From the NCBI GenBank assembly GCA_965279525.1, contig CBDIIB010000004.1, forward strand, positions 1,152,001 through 1,216,000: 64,000 nt of DNA. Direction: 5' to 3'. Source of the stretch: Tagaea sp. GTDB taxonomy: Bacteria; Pseudomonadota; Alphaproteobacteria; CACIAM-22H2. A program made the position numbers and the translations under genes. Of this stretch, positions 33,852 to 42,170 are shown in pieces. Under the pieces are notes generated by a model, which saw nothing but the letters and a program-made list of their open reading frames with translations, made no database searches and had not been told where the DNA came from. The first letter of the stretch is position 1, and each line of letters opens with the position of its first letter.

Positions 33852-34655
33852 ATGCAACTCACGCCAGCACAGGTCGAGGCGTACGACCGCGATGGCTACG
33901 TCTTCATCGAGAACGTCTTCTCGAAGCGCGAGATCGACACGCTGACCGGCGAACTGCCGGCCGCGTTCGCGCAAAAGCGCGAAGAAGTCGTGCGCGAGAA
34001 AGGCTCGGATGCGCCCCGCTCGGCCTTCTATCTGCAGACCTGGAACCCGGTCTACGAAGCGCTGGCGCGCCATCCGCGCCTGCTGAAGCCCGGCATGCAG
34101 CTGCTGGGTTCGGACCGGCTCTACATGCACCAGTTCAAGGTGAACGCGAAGGCGGCGTTCGACGGCGCGGTGTGGCAGTGGCATCAGGACTACGCGACGT
34201 GGAAGGCCGACGACGACATGCCGGAGCCCAACGCGTTCAACATCGCGCTGTTTCTGGCCGACGCGAACGAGTTCAACGGCCCCTTGATGTTCATCCCCGG
34301 CAGCCACAAGCGCGGCGCCATCCAGTCGAGCTGGGACACGACGACGACTTCCTATCCGTTGTGGACCATCGACAACGACACGGTGACGAAGCTCGTCGAG
34401 CGCGGCGGCATCGTGGCACCCAAGGGGCCGGCGGGCAGCGTGCTGATCTTCAATTCGTGCCTCGTGCACGCGTCGGGCTCGAACCTCACGCCGTGGTCGC
34501 GCTGGATCGTGTATCTCTCGATCAACCGCTGCGACAACGCGATCCGGCGGTTCAGGCGCCCGGCGTGGATCGCCAACCGCGACTTCGCGCCGATCGAGCC
34601 GCTGGCCGACGACTGCCTGGCGAAGTTCGCGAAGGACGCAAGGGCGGCCGAGTAG
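33852..34655 (+). CDS. Fe(II)/2-oxoglutarate dioxygenase, PhyH/EctD-like
   Basis: WQWHQDY (HxD), NGPLMFIPGSH, LVHASGSN...R; GGAGAGG RBS. Confidence 0.88.
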   Translation: MQLTPAQVEAYDRDGYVFIENVFSKREIDTLTGELPAAFAQKREEVVREKGSDAPRSAFYLQTWNPVYEALARHPRLLKPGMQLLGSDRLYMHQFKVNAKAAFDGAVWQWHQDYATWKADDDMPEPNAFNIALFLADANEFNGPLMFIPGSHKRGAIQSSWDTTTTSYPLWTIDNDTVTKLVERGGIVAPKGPAGSVLIFNSCLVHASGSNLTPWSRWIVYLSINRCDNAIRRFRRPAWIANRDFAPIEPLADDCLAKFAKDARAAE

Positions 34656-34665
34656 TTTCCAGTCT

Positions 34666-35550
34666 TTACGACGCCGCGAAGTTCGCCCGCATCCACGCGA
34701 CGAGCGGGTCGGCCGCCGGCAGGAAGGCCGAGTTGTGGTCGCCCTCGGGCTCGGCATAGACGCTCAGCGGGTTGCGCGGCATGGACTCGAACGTGCGCCG
34801 CTTGGCGTTGGGCGTGGGATCGCGCGTGCCCGACGTCCAGAACACCGGCAGGCGCGTGGCGGCCAACGCCGCCTTCACGCTCGGGAAGCGCGCCGGATCG
34901 TGGAACGACAGGAACACCTCGGGCGTCGTCGTGTAGCTTTCCTCGACGAAGGATTCGCCGACCGCGTTCTGCCCGCCGAAACGCACCGGCACGCGCCCCT
35001 GCCCCGCCGCCTCGAGTTGCTTCGCCCGGTCGATCTCGGGCTGGACGCGCTTCCAGAAAATGCCGGACGGCGGGATCAGGTCGAGCAGGCCGCCGGGATT
35101 GAGGAACGCCTTGCCGACCACGACGGGCGGCGGATCGGCCGGCCGCCACGTCATCGCGAAGGTGGCGCCGAGGCTCAAACCCCCGACCACGACCTTGCGG
35201 CCCGCGGCCGCCGCAAGCGCCACGAGCGCGTCGACCGCGGCATTGGCATCGGCGACGGTGCCGTTCCACGCCCGGCTCCACGGCATCGCCGGAAGGTAAA
35301 CAGTCGTTCCGGACGCGGCGACGCGCTCGGCGAAATTGCGCATCAGCGGCGAACGCGGGCTGCCGTTCTTGCCGTGCAGCAAGACGAGCGCCAGATTGCC
35401 GTTCGCCGAAAGCTCGTCGAACTCGACGCGCCAGCCGGTCGATGCCGCAAGCGACTGCGCCGCCGGGGCCGGCCCCTGGGCGCGCGCGGCCGGAACGGCG
35501 CCGGCCGCCGCCATCAATCCCCCCAGAAATGCCCGCCGGTCCACGACCAT
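34666..35550 (-). CDS. Tat-exported alpha/beta hydrolase
   Basis: DRRAFLG twin-arginine signal; LLHGKNG, GLSLG nucleophile, GTRD, GDH. Confidence 0.8.
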   Translation of the reverse strand: MVVDRRAFLGGLMAAAGAVPAARAQGPAPAAQSLAASTGWRVEFDELSANGNLALVLLHGKNGSPRSPLMRNFAERVAASGTTVYLPAMPWSRAWNGTVADANAAVDALVALAAAAGRKVVVGGLSLGATFAMTWRPADPPPVVVGKAFLNPGGLLDLIPPSGIFWKRVQPEIDRAKQLEAAGQGRVPVRFGGQNAVGESFVEESYTTTPEVFLSFHDPARFPSVKAALAATRLPVFWTSGTRDPTPNAKRRTFESMPRNPLSVYAEPEGDHNSAFLPAADPLVAWMRANFAAS

Positions 35551-35588
35551 GCAAACCCCTTCAAACCGCAAAACATTGGGTTACTACT

Positions 35589-35602
35589 GGTTACCGGTAA
35601 CC
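35589..35602. promoter_or_regulatory. Perfect 14-bp palindrome GGTTACCGGTAACC, putative operator
   Basis: Seen directly in the AT-rich divergent intergenic region. Confidence 0.5.
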
Positions 35603-35752
35603 TATTTATCCCTTTGAAGTTCAAAGGTTGTTACTGCAACGACACTTCCTGCAACCTTTGTGACGCCTCACCGAATTCTTCCCGAAACACCGTCGCAAAC
35701 TTGTTCCTATAATAGGTAATTTAGCCGTTTTGTCAAGATCGAATTTCGTTTG

Positions 35753-35802
35753 AAATGTATGCTGTTTCCGGTTGTGTTCTTCTTTGATACAGTCTTTGGA
35801 TG
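35753..35802 (+). repeat. Conserved 50-bp upstream element, copy 1 (ends in start ATG)
   Basis: 44/50 identical to 37125-37174 in ungapped manual alignment. Confidence 0.9.
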
Positions 35803-36429
35803 AATAATGTTCTCATCTGGATCGGGCTGATCCTTGCCGTCGTTTCAGGCGGCAGCACGGCACGCGCCGATCCGCTCTGCGCGCTCGGCTGGATTTGCGA
35901 AACGGCGACAGAATTCGAGCTTCTAAATCCTTTGGTTGAGCATGGAGCCACAAGCCCGACCTGCCACCTGCGTCAGATCGCCGTCCTGCGGCAACAGAAG
36001 CTCGGGTTCTGGTTAGTCACGAGCGCGTATCGACTTGGATCCACTGTCGAGCTCTCGTTTGTCGTCGGCCTTTTTCAGGCAAACCCGGATGGGTCGACCG
36101 GGAAAGTCGCGGTACGTACTGCGCGGCTGCTATCCGCAGACAGGGTCATCGACACGGCAGATTGGGCACAGACGATGGATCCGGAGAGCGGCATGGTGTC
36201 GCTCTCGCAATACGGCACCGATATCTCGGATCCGCTTGCGCACGCAGCGTTGGCGGTTGCGTCAGGGGCGCGCTACGGCGCCCTGGTCGAAACCGAATCT
36301 GGCCGGCGGTTTCAGCTCGAAATCGAGATAGGCACGCGAAAAGACGCCAGCAAGCTGGCTATTCGTGCGTTTCGCGCGTGTGTGGAGCGCGACAGACTCT
36401 CCCCGACTGCTCCGAAAGTCGCCGAGTAG
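35800..36429 (+). CDS. Exported hypothetical protein, 4-Cys family, type A
   Basis: Signal peptide ending ARA; CALGWIC, RLLSADRVIDTADW, AIRAFRAC; paralog of 37172-37774. Confidence 0.8.
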   Translation: MNNVLIWIGLILAVVSGGSTARADPLCALGWICETATEFELLNPLVEHGATSPTCHLRQIAVLRQQKLGFWLVTSAYRLGSTVELSFVVGLFQANPDGSTGKVAVRTARLLSADRVIDTADWAQTMDPESGMVSLSQYGTDISDPLAHAALAVASGARYGALVETESGRRFQLEIEIGTRKDASKLAIRAFRACVERDRLSPTAPKVAE

Positions 36430-36432
36430 ACG

Positions 36433-37059
36433 ATGCATTCGACACGTTTTCAAATCAGATGGACGCTGGCGCTAATGCTGGCGCTTGCGAACATCGCGCA
36501 TGCCGACATGACCGAGACCTGCCGCGCCGGCCATGTCTGCGTTGCCGCGAGCGGATATGAGAACATGCGCGCCGGCAAGCCCGACGGTGGCAGCTACGGA
36601 TGCGGATTCCGGTATGGTGCGCGCGATGACAAAACCGGTCGCACGCTCTATGTCGCACTCGTCGGCGGGGAGGGCGACATCCTGCCCTATCTCATCGTTG
36701 AAATGCACATGCGCGAACCGATCCCGGACAGCGAAAAGACAAAACTTCTTACGCCTCGCGCCGGATGGATCTACACGGCCGATCAGACGATCCTGACAAA
36801 AGACTGGAACCTGACAGTCCGCGACCAGTTGCAGGTATCGCGAACAGACATCCTTCCCGAAAACCGCGGCACCATCAGCCAAATGGCGGAATTGCTGGGC
36901 GCTCTTCCCCACACCATCTTGGTCGAGATCACGGAAGGAACTTACATCCGCTATTTCGTCGCGCCCCAATCCGACGGACGTCGTGCCGCCGCGGAGTTCG
37001 TCGCGTGCGTCGATGAGATCCACCAGAGCGTGAAGTCCGTCACGCCAGTGCTGCGATAG
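36433..37059 (+). CDS. Exported hypothetical protein, 4-Cys family, type B
   Basis: Signal peptide ending AHA; CRAGHVC, GEGDILPY, RTDILPENR, AEFVAC; paralog of 37786-38382. Confidence 0.8.
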   Translation: MHSTRFQIRWTLALMLALANIAHADMTETCRAGHVCVAASGYENMRAGKPDGGSYGCGFRYGARDDKTGRTLYVALVGGEGDILPYLIVEMHMREPIPDSEKTKLLTPRAGWIYTADQTILTKDWNLTVRDQLQVSRTDILPENRGTISQMAELLGALPHTILVEITEGTYIRYFVAPQSDGRRAAAEFVACVDEIHQSVKSVTPVLR

Positions 37060-37124
37060 AATGCGATGGCGCGCAGATCCGGTCATCCGCGAGGACTGGC
37101 ATGCCGTTGCGACCAAGCCAGCTT

Positions 37125-37174
37125 AAATGTATGCCTTTTCTGGTTGTGTTCTTATATGATACAGTCTGTGGATG
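37125..37174 (+). repeat. Conserved 50-bp upstream element, copy 2
   Basis: 44/50 identical to copy 1; contains TATGAT -10-like hexamer at 37155-37160. Confidence 0.9.
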
Positions 37175-37774
37175 CGCAAAGTTCTTCTTCCCGTCGTCCT
37201 TGCCGTCGTCGCGGTTTCAGCCGTGCCGGCAGCCGCCCAATCGGCCCCCTTCTGTCCGGAGGGCTGGGCCTGCGGTTCGCCTGACGGACATCGCGCCGAG
37301 ACGCGCCAGGCCACCGGCCACCGCGACGCCTGCCTGATCCACCACGCGCTGACGACGAGTGACGGTGCATGGCAGATGATGACGATCCTCTTCTCGACCG
37401 ACTCGACACGAGACGTCGATATGGGCTTCGCGGTGACCCTTCTGGAATCCGCCACGCCCGGCAAAGACTACCGCCAGATACCGCTGCGTTCGATCCGGCT
37501 GCTGAGCGCGGATCGCCGGCTCGACACGCGCGAATGGCGGGTCACTGGCGCCGGCACGACCCGGACGATCGTGCGCGTGCCGGTCATGGAAGGTGTCGAG
37601 AAGGCGGTCGGCGCGTCGATCGCGATCGCGACGGGTGCGGCCTATGGCGTGCTCGCCGAAACGACGGACGGCAGGCGCGTGCGCATTGAGTCAGCGGCGA
37701 CTGCGCGCGTGCCGACCGCGATCCGGGCGTTCCAGTCCTGTATCGAGAACCGCAGCAAGCCCGCCGGCAACTAG
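37172..37774 (+). CDS. Exported hypothetical protein, 4-Cys family, type A'
   Basis: Signal peptide; CPEGWAC, RLLSADRRLDTREW, AIATGAAYG, ETTDGRR, AIRAFQSC. Confidence 0.82.
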   Translation: MRKVLLPVVLAVVAVSAVPAAAQSAPFCPEGWACGSPDGHRAETRQATGHRDACLIHHALTTSDGAWQMMTILFSTDSTRDVDMGFAVTLLESATPGKDYRQIPLRSIRLLSADRRLDTREWRVTGAGTTRTIVRVPVMEGVEKAVGASIAIATGAAYGVLAETTDGRRVRIESAATARVPTAIRAFQSCIENRSKPAGN

Positions 37775-37785
37775 GAGAAAGTGCG

Positions 37786-38382
37786 ATGCGAATAGCCCCA
37801 GCGGCCTTGGTCGTCGCAATGCCCTTCCTGCTGGCCGCCTGCGCGCAGCCAGCCGAGGAAAGAGGTTGCGGCGACCATATCTGCACGAGCACCGAAGGCC
37901 ACAAGCTCGTCGAGTACCGGAAGGACGGCGAATTGATCGACTGCCGCATCGAGCACATTGCCCGTGCGCTCGACGCTCCCTATGGCTTCGTCGTCGTCGC
38001 GGCTGCCGGCGAGGGCACGATTCTCCCTTACATGCGGATCGTGGTGCGCGGGGTCCACGTCACGCCGGTCGGTCAACCGAATGAAATTCTAGCCCTTCGT
38101 TCGGTCCGGCTGCGCGGAGCTGAGTCGAAGTTCGATACCCGGGATTGGCAGTCGCATGTGCGGGACGGCGCCGTCTGGCTGCGGACCGACGTACTTCCAG
38201 AAGACCGGTCGCCGCTCGCCACGCTCGCCGCCATCGCCACGAGCGAAACCTACGCCATGCACGTCGAGACTGGAGACGGGCGGAAAGTGCCCGTCGGCGT
38301 CGCCCAACTCCGCCCGACCGGCGATATCGCCAAGCGCTTCCTTGCCTGCACCGAGGAACTGCGCAAGGCCGTCGGCGGCTAA
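37786..38382 (+). CDS. Putative lipoprotein, 4-Cys family, type B'
   Basis: Lipobox LAAC; CGDHIC, GEGTILPY, RTDVLPEDR, KRFLAC; AGGAG RBS. Confidence 0.82.
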   Translation: MRIAPAALVVAMPFLLAACAQPAEERGCGDHICTSTEGHKLVEYRKDGELIDCRIEHIARALDAPYGFVVVAAAGEGTILPYMRIVVRGVHVTPVGQPNEILALRSVRLRGAESKFDTRDWQSHVRDGAVWLRTDVLPEDRSPLATLAAIATSETYAMHVETGDGRKVPVGVAQLRPTGDIAKRFLACTEELRKAVGG

Positions 38383-38460
38383 GACCGCCCGCAGGCATGC
38401 TTGATCTCGATCCTTCCGAATTCGTCTCCGCGCGCGATGCGCCCCGCCCAGCATCTCAAA

Positions 38461-38570
38461 AACTGTATGCCGTATTCGACGGTCGGCCCTTTTGATAATT
38501 TTTTCGGAAGAACCGCGTTGGCAGCGGCTGCCTTGCCGTCCTCACGAACGGCGCAATCGCCCGAGGATGA
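38461..38570 (+). pseudogene. Decayed third repeat unit: upstream element plus remnant of a type-A signal-peptide coding region
   Basis: 31/50 ungapped match to copy 1 with TGTATGC and TGATA at identical spacing; ATG replaced by AAG; in-frame CTT GCC GTC (LAV) shared with both type-A genes; TGA at 38568-38570. Confidence 0.6.
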
Positions 38571-38573
38571 TGC

Positions 38574-39221
38574 ATGCCCCCAGCGAAGCACCCGCACGAC
38601 CCTCACTACCACGCACACGGCCCCGACGCCGGCACGCACCTGTCGGACGTCGAGCTCCGGGTGCGCGCCCTCGAAAGCGTGCTCGTCGAGAAAGGCTATG
38701 TCGTTCCGCAAGTCCTCGACGATCTGGTCGAGACCTATGAAAAGAAGATCGGTCCGCGCAACGGCGCGCATGTCGTCGCGAAGGCGTGGACGGACCCGGC
38801 CTATCGCGAATGGCTGCTCGCCGACGCCACGGCCGCGATCGCTTCGCTGGGCTATCCGGGCGGGCAGGCCATGGTTGCCGTCGCGAACGGCCCGGACCAG
38901 CACAACCTCATCGTCTGCACACTCTGCTCCTGCTATCCGTGGCCGGTCCTGGGGCTGCCGCCCGTCTGGTACAAGTCGGCGCCCTACCGGTCGCGCGCCG
39001 TCATCGATCCGCGCGGCGTGCTGGCGGATTTCGGGCTCGTCCTGCCGCCGACGACGCGGATCAAGGTGTGGGATTCGACCGCCGAGATCCGCTATTTCGT
39101 GCTTCCCGAAAGTCCTCCCGGGACCGGCGGAATGGACGAAGCCGCACTCGCCAAACTCGTGACACGCGACAGCCTGATCGGCGTCGGCCTGCCGCTCGCA
39201 CCTGAACGGGCCGCGTCGTGA
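38574..39221 (+). CDS. nthA: Cobalt-type nitrile hydratase alpha subunit
   Basis: VCTLCSCY metal motif (Thr indicates Co type), [18 protein letters not shown]. Confidence 0.96.
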   Translation: MPPAKHPHDPHYHAHGPDAGTHLSDVELRVRALESVLVEKGYVVPQVLDDLVETYEKKIGPRNGAHVVAKAWTDPAYREWLLADATAAIASLGYPGGQAMVAVANGPDQHNLIVCTLCSCYPWPVLGLPPVWYKSAPYRSRAVIDPRGVLADFGLVLPPTTRIKVWDSTAEIRYFVLPESPPGTGGMDEAALAKLVTRDSLIGVGLPLAPERAAS

Positions 39222-39886
39222 ACGGTGCTGCCGACATGGGCGGCATGATGGGGTTCGGTCCCGTCGTGCCTGACGCCGAGACCGATCCGCTTTTCCACGC
39301 GGAATGGGAACGCCGCGTCTTCGCGATGGCGATCGGGATGGCGCGAACCGGGGCCTGGAACGTCGACATGTCGCGTGCCGCGCGCGAAAGCCTGCCGCCG
39401 GTGCAATACCTGTCGATCACCTATTTCGAGATCTGGCTTTGCGCCCTCGAAAAACTGCTGGCGGAACGAAACCTCGTCCAGGCCGACGAGATCGCCGCCG
39501 GCCAAGCCCTGCATCCGCCGGGCCGCGTCCCGCGCATCGGCAAGCCCGAGGAGGTGGCGGCGATCCTCGGCAAGGGCAAGCCCGGCACGATCCGCGAGGC
39601 GGCCGCACCGGCGCGCTTCGCGATCGGCAACCGGGTGCGGATGCGCAACATGCATCCGGCGACGCACACGCGCCTGCCCCGCTACGTGCGCGGGCGCCTG
39701 GGCGTCGTCGAACTCGTTCACGGCGTACACGTGTTTCCGGACAGCAACGCGCTGGGCCGGGGCGAAGCACCGCAGTGGCTCTACACCGTGCGCTTCGCCG
39801 GGACCGAATTGTGGGGTGCGGATGCCGATCAGGCGCTCGCCGTTTCGGTCGAGGCATGGGAGAGCTATCTGGAGGTGCCGGCATGA
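39218..39886 (+). CDS. nthB: Nitrile hydratase beta subunit
   Basis: GTG start; [37 protein letters not shown]. Confidence 0.95.
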   Translation: MNGAADMGGMMGFGPVVPDAETDPLFHAEWERRVFAMAIGMARTGAWNVDMSRAARESLPPVQYLSITYFEIWLCALEKLLAERNLVQADEIAAGQALHPPGRVPRIGKPEEVAAILGKGKPGTIREAAAPARFAIGNRVRMRNMHPATHTRLPRYVRGRLGVVELVHGVHVFPDSNALGRGEAPQWLYTVRFAGTELWGADADQALAVSVEAWESYLEVPA

Positions 39887-40239
39887 GCCGCCGATCCGGC
39901 ACCCCCGCGCTGCCCGACCTGCCTTGCGATGCGGAAGGCCCCGTCTTCCGGGCGCCGTGGGAGGCGCAGGCCTTCGCGATGGCGGTGGCTCTCCAGCAGA
40001 AGGGCCTGTTCACCTGGCCCGAATGGGCGGACGCGCTGTCGGGCGAGATCCGCGCCGCACAGGCCGCCGGCGATCCGGATACCGGCGAGACCTACTATGG
40101 CCATTGGCTGCGGGCGCTGGAACGGCTGGTCGTCGAGAAAGGTGCCGCGACGCCCGAGCGGCTCGCCGAACGCGCGGCCGCCTGGGATCACGCGGCACGC
40201 CACACGCCGCATGGCCAGCCGATCGTGCCGCCCGCCTGA
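39883..40239 (+). CDS. Nitrile hydratase accessory/activator protein (P14K-like)
   Basis: ATGA overlap with nthB; GPVFRAPWEAQAFA, FTWPEW, YYGHWLRALE. Confidence 0.92.
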   Translation: MSRRSGTPALPDLPCDAEGPVFRAPWEAQAFAMAVALQQKGLFTWPEWADALSGEIRAAQAAGDPDTGETYYGHWLRALERLVVEKGAATPERLAERAAAWDHAARHTPHGQPIVPPA

Positions 40240-40254
40240 CCTTTTCGCGCGGGG

Positions 40255-41565
40255 CTAGATCGTCCAGCTCCCCGGATCCGCCTCGCTCTGCCCGCCGCTC
40301 TTCATGTCGCGCACGCGGTGCGGGGCACCGGGTTCCTCGGGCAGGAACCATACGAACGGGATGCCCTTGTCGTTGGCGTATTTGAGCTGGGCGTCGGCCT
40401 TGCGGTCCTCGTGGTACATCTCGACCTTCAGGCCGCGCGAACGCAGCGTGCGCGCGACGGCGGCGACGTCGGCATAATTCCCGCCGCGCGGGAACAGCAC
40501 CAGCACATCGGTCGGCGTCTTGCGGGTGGGCTTCAGGCGGCCTTCCTTCTGCAGCTTCCAGAAGATGCGCGTGAGGCCGATGGAAATGCCGATGCCCGGC
40601 AGCCGCCGGTTGATCAGCGAGCCCACCAGATTGTCGTAGCGCCCGCCGCCGCACACGGTCGGGAAATCGGGGAAGTCGGCAAGCTTCGTCTCGTAGACCG
40701 AGCCCGTGTAATAGGCGAGCCCGCGCGCGATCGACAGATCGGCGACGAAGCTGCCCTTCGGGAAGCGCGCCAGCTCGGTCATCACGAAGCCCAGCTCGTG
40801 CAGGCCCTGGCTCAGCAACTCGGACTTCACGCCCAGCTTCTCGACCTGGCCCAGGATCGCGGCATCCGTGCCCTTGATCTCGGTCAGCGCCAGGATCTTC
40901 GCGATGGCATCGTCGCCCAGCGACAGTTCCTTCGCCAGCATGTCCGACACGCCCTTGGCGCCGATCTTGTCGAGCTTGTCGACGATGCGGATGGCGTTGG
41001 CCTGGTCGGCGATGCCGAGGCCCTCGTAGTAGCCCTGCAGGATCTTGCGGTTGTTGAGCTTGGTCACGCTCGGCCCCACGCCCAGCGCGTCGAGCGTCTC
41101 GAACACGATGGCCGGCATCTCGGCGTCGAAATGCAGCGGGATCTCGCGCGTGTCGATCACGTCGATGTCGCACTGGTAGAACTCGCGGAAGCGCCCGTCT
41201 TGCGGACGCTCGCCGCGCCAGGCCTTCTGCATCTGGTAGCGCTTGAACGGGAACACCAGCTCGTTGAGGTTCGCCGCCACATAGCGCGCCATGGGGACTG
41301 TCATGTCGTAGTGGAGGGCGTGCTCGGGCACGGCGTCCTCGCCCGGCTCGGCGAGCAGGCGGCGGATCGCGTAGATCTCCTTGTCGGTATCGCCCTGCTT
41401 CAGCAGCACTTCGACCGGCTCGATCGAGCGCGTCTCGATGGGCGCATAGCCGTAGCTCTCGAAGATGCCGCGGATCGTGTCGAGCCATTTGAGCTCGACG
41501 ATGCGCAGCTCCGGCAGCCATTCCGGAAAGCCGCTGATGGCCTTGAGTTTCTGCTTCTCGATCAC
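40255..41565 (-). CDS. hisS: Histidine--tRNA ligase
   Basis: GTG start; LHYDMTVP, WRGERPQDGRFREFYQCDID, IARGLAYYTG, GGGRYD. Confidence 0.95.
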   Translation of the reverse strand: MIEKQKLKAISGFPEWLPELRIVELKWLDTIRGIFESYGYAPIETRSIEPVEVLLKQGDTDKEIYAIRRLLAEPGEDAVPEHALHYDMTVPMARYVAANLNELVFPFKRYQMQKAWRGERPQDGRFREFYQCDIDVIDTREIPLHFDAEMPAIVFETLDALGVGPSVTKLNNRKILQGYYEGLGIADQANAIRIVDKLDKIGAKGVSDMLAKELSLGDDAIAKILALTEIKGTDAAILGQVEKLGVKSELLSQGLHELGFVMTELARFPKGSFVADLSIARGLAYYTGSVYETKLADFPDFPTVCGGGRYDNLVGSLINRRLPGIGISIGLTRIFWKLQKEGRLKPTRKTPTDVLVLFPRGGNYADVAAVARTLRSRGLKVEMYHEDRKADAQLKYANDKGIPFVWFLPEEPGAPHRVRDMKSGGQSEADPGSWTI

Positions 41566-41695
41566 GTCGCGTCCGCCCCTGTACGTTGCGCCCGTCTGAT
41601 ACCCCAGCCGGAGGAAACGGGCAAAGGCCGAATGGCGCCGGGTGCGGCCATATACCGCGAAACCTGCCGACGTCATCCCCTATACTGTCCGCCGC

Positions 41696-42136
41696 ATGTT
41701 CGACCCCGGGACGATCGTCAGTCCGAGGCTCAAACGCCTTCATGCCTACTGGGACGCCAAGCGCGCCGGCAGGCCGATGCCGGCGCGCGCCGACATCGAT
41801 CCGGTCGAGATTCCGTGGATCCTCGGGGATCTCTCGCTCATCGAGGTCCGCGGGGAAGGCGACTACCACTGGCGGGTCGACGGCTCCAACCTCACCGCGT
41901 TCTTCGGGTGCGAAATGACCGGCCGCTCGATTTCGGAGTATCCCTTCCCCGCCTTCATCGAGAAGATGCGCATGACGCTCGACGAGGCCGTGCGCGCCGG
42001 CGGGCCGTCCCGCAGCGTCCGGCGGTTTTCGACCAAGACCCAGAAATGGAACTACGAGAGCCTCTACCTGCCGCTATCGGGCGACGGACAGCGCATCGAC
42101 ATGCTGATCCAGGCGCTCGAGATCGAACCGAGATGA
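41696..42136 (+). CDS. Stand-alone PAS-like domain protein (PAS_5/DUF1457 type)
   Basis: LHAYWDAKRAGRPMPARADIDP...LYLPLS pattern. Confidence 0.8.
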   Translation: MFDPGTIVSPRLKRLHAYWDAKRAGRPMPARADIDPVEIPWILGDLSLIEVRGEGDYHWRVDGSNLTAFFGCEMTGRSISEYPFPAFIEKMRMTLDEAVRAGGPSRSVRRFSTKTQKWNYESLYLPLSGDGQRIDMLIQALEIEPR

Positions 42137-42170
42137 CCTTCCCGCACTCAGACCGCTAAACTCCCCCGCC

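Noticed and set aside
35753-38510. Array as an integron with attC sites
   Set aside because: Repeats lack the RYYYAAC...GTTRRRY hairpin architecture and no integrase is present; kept only as an unexplained repeat
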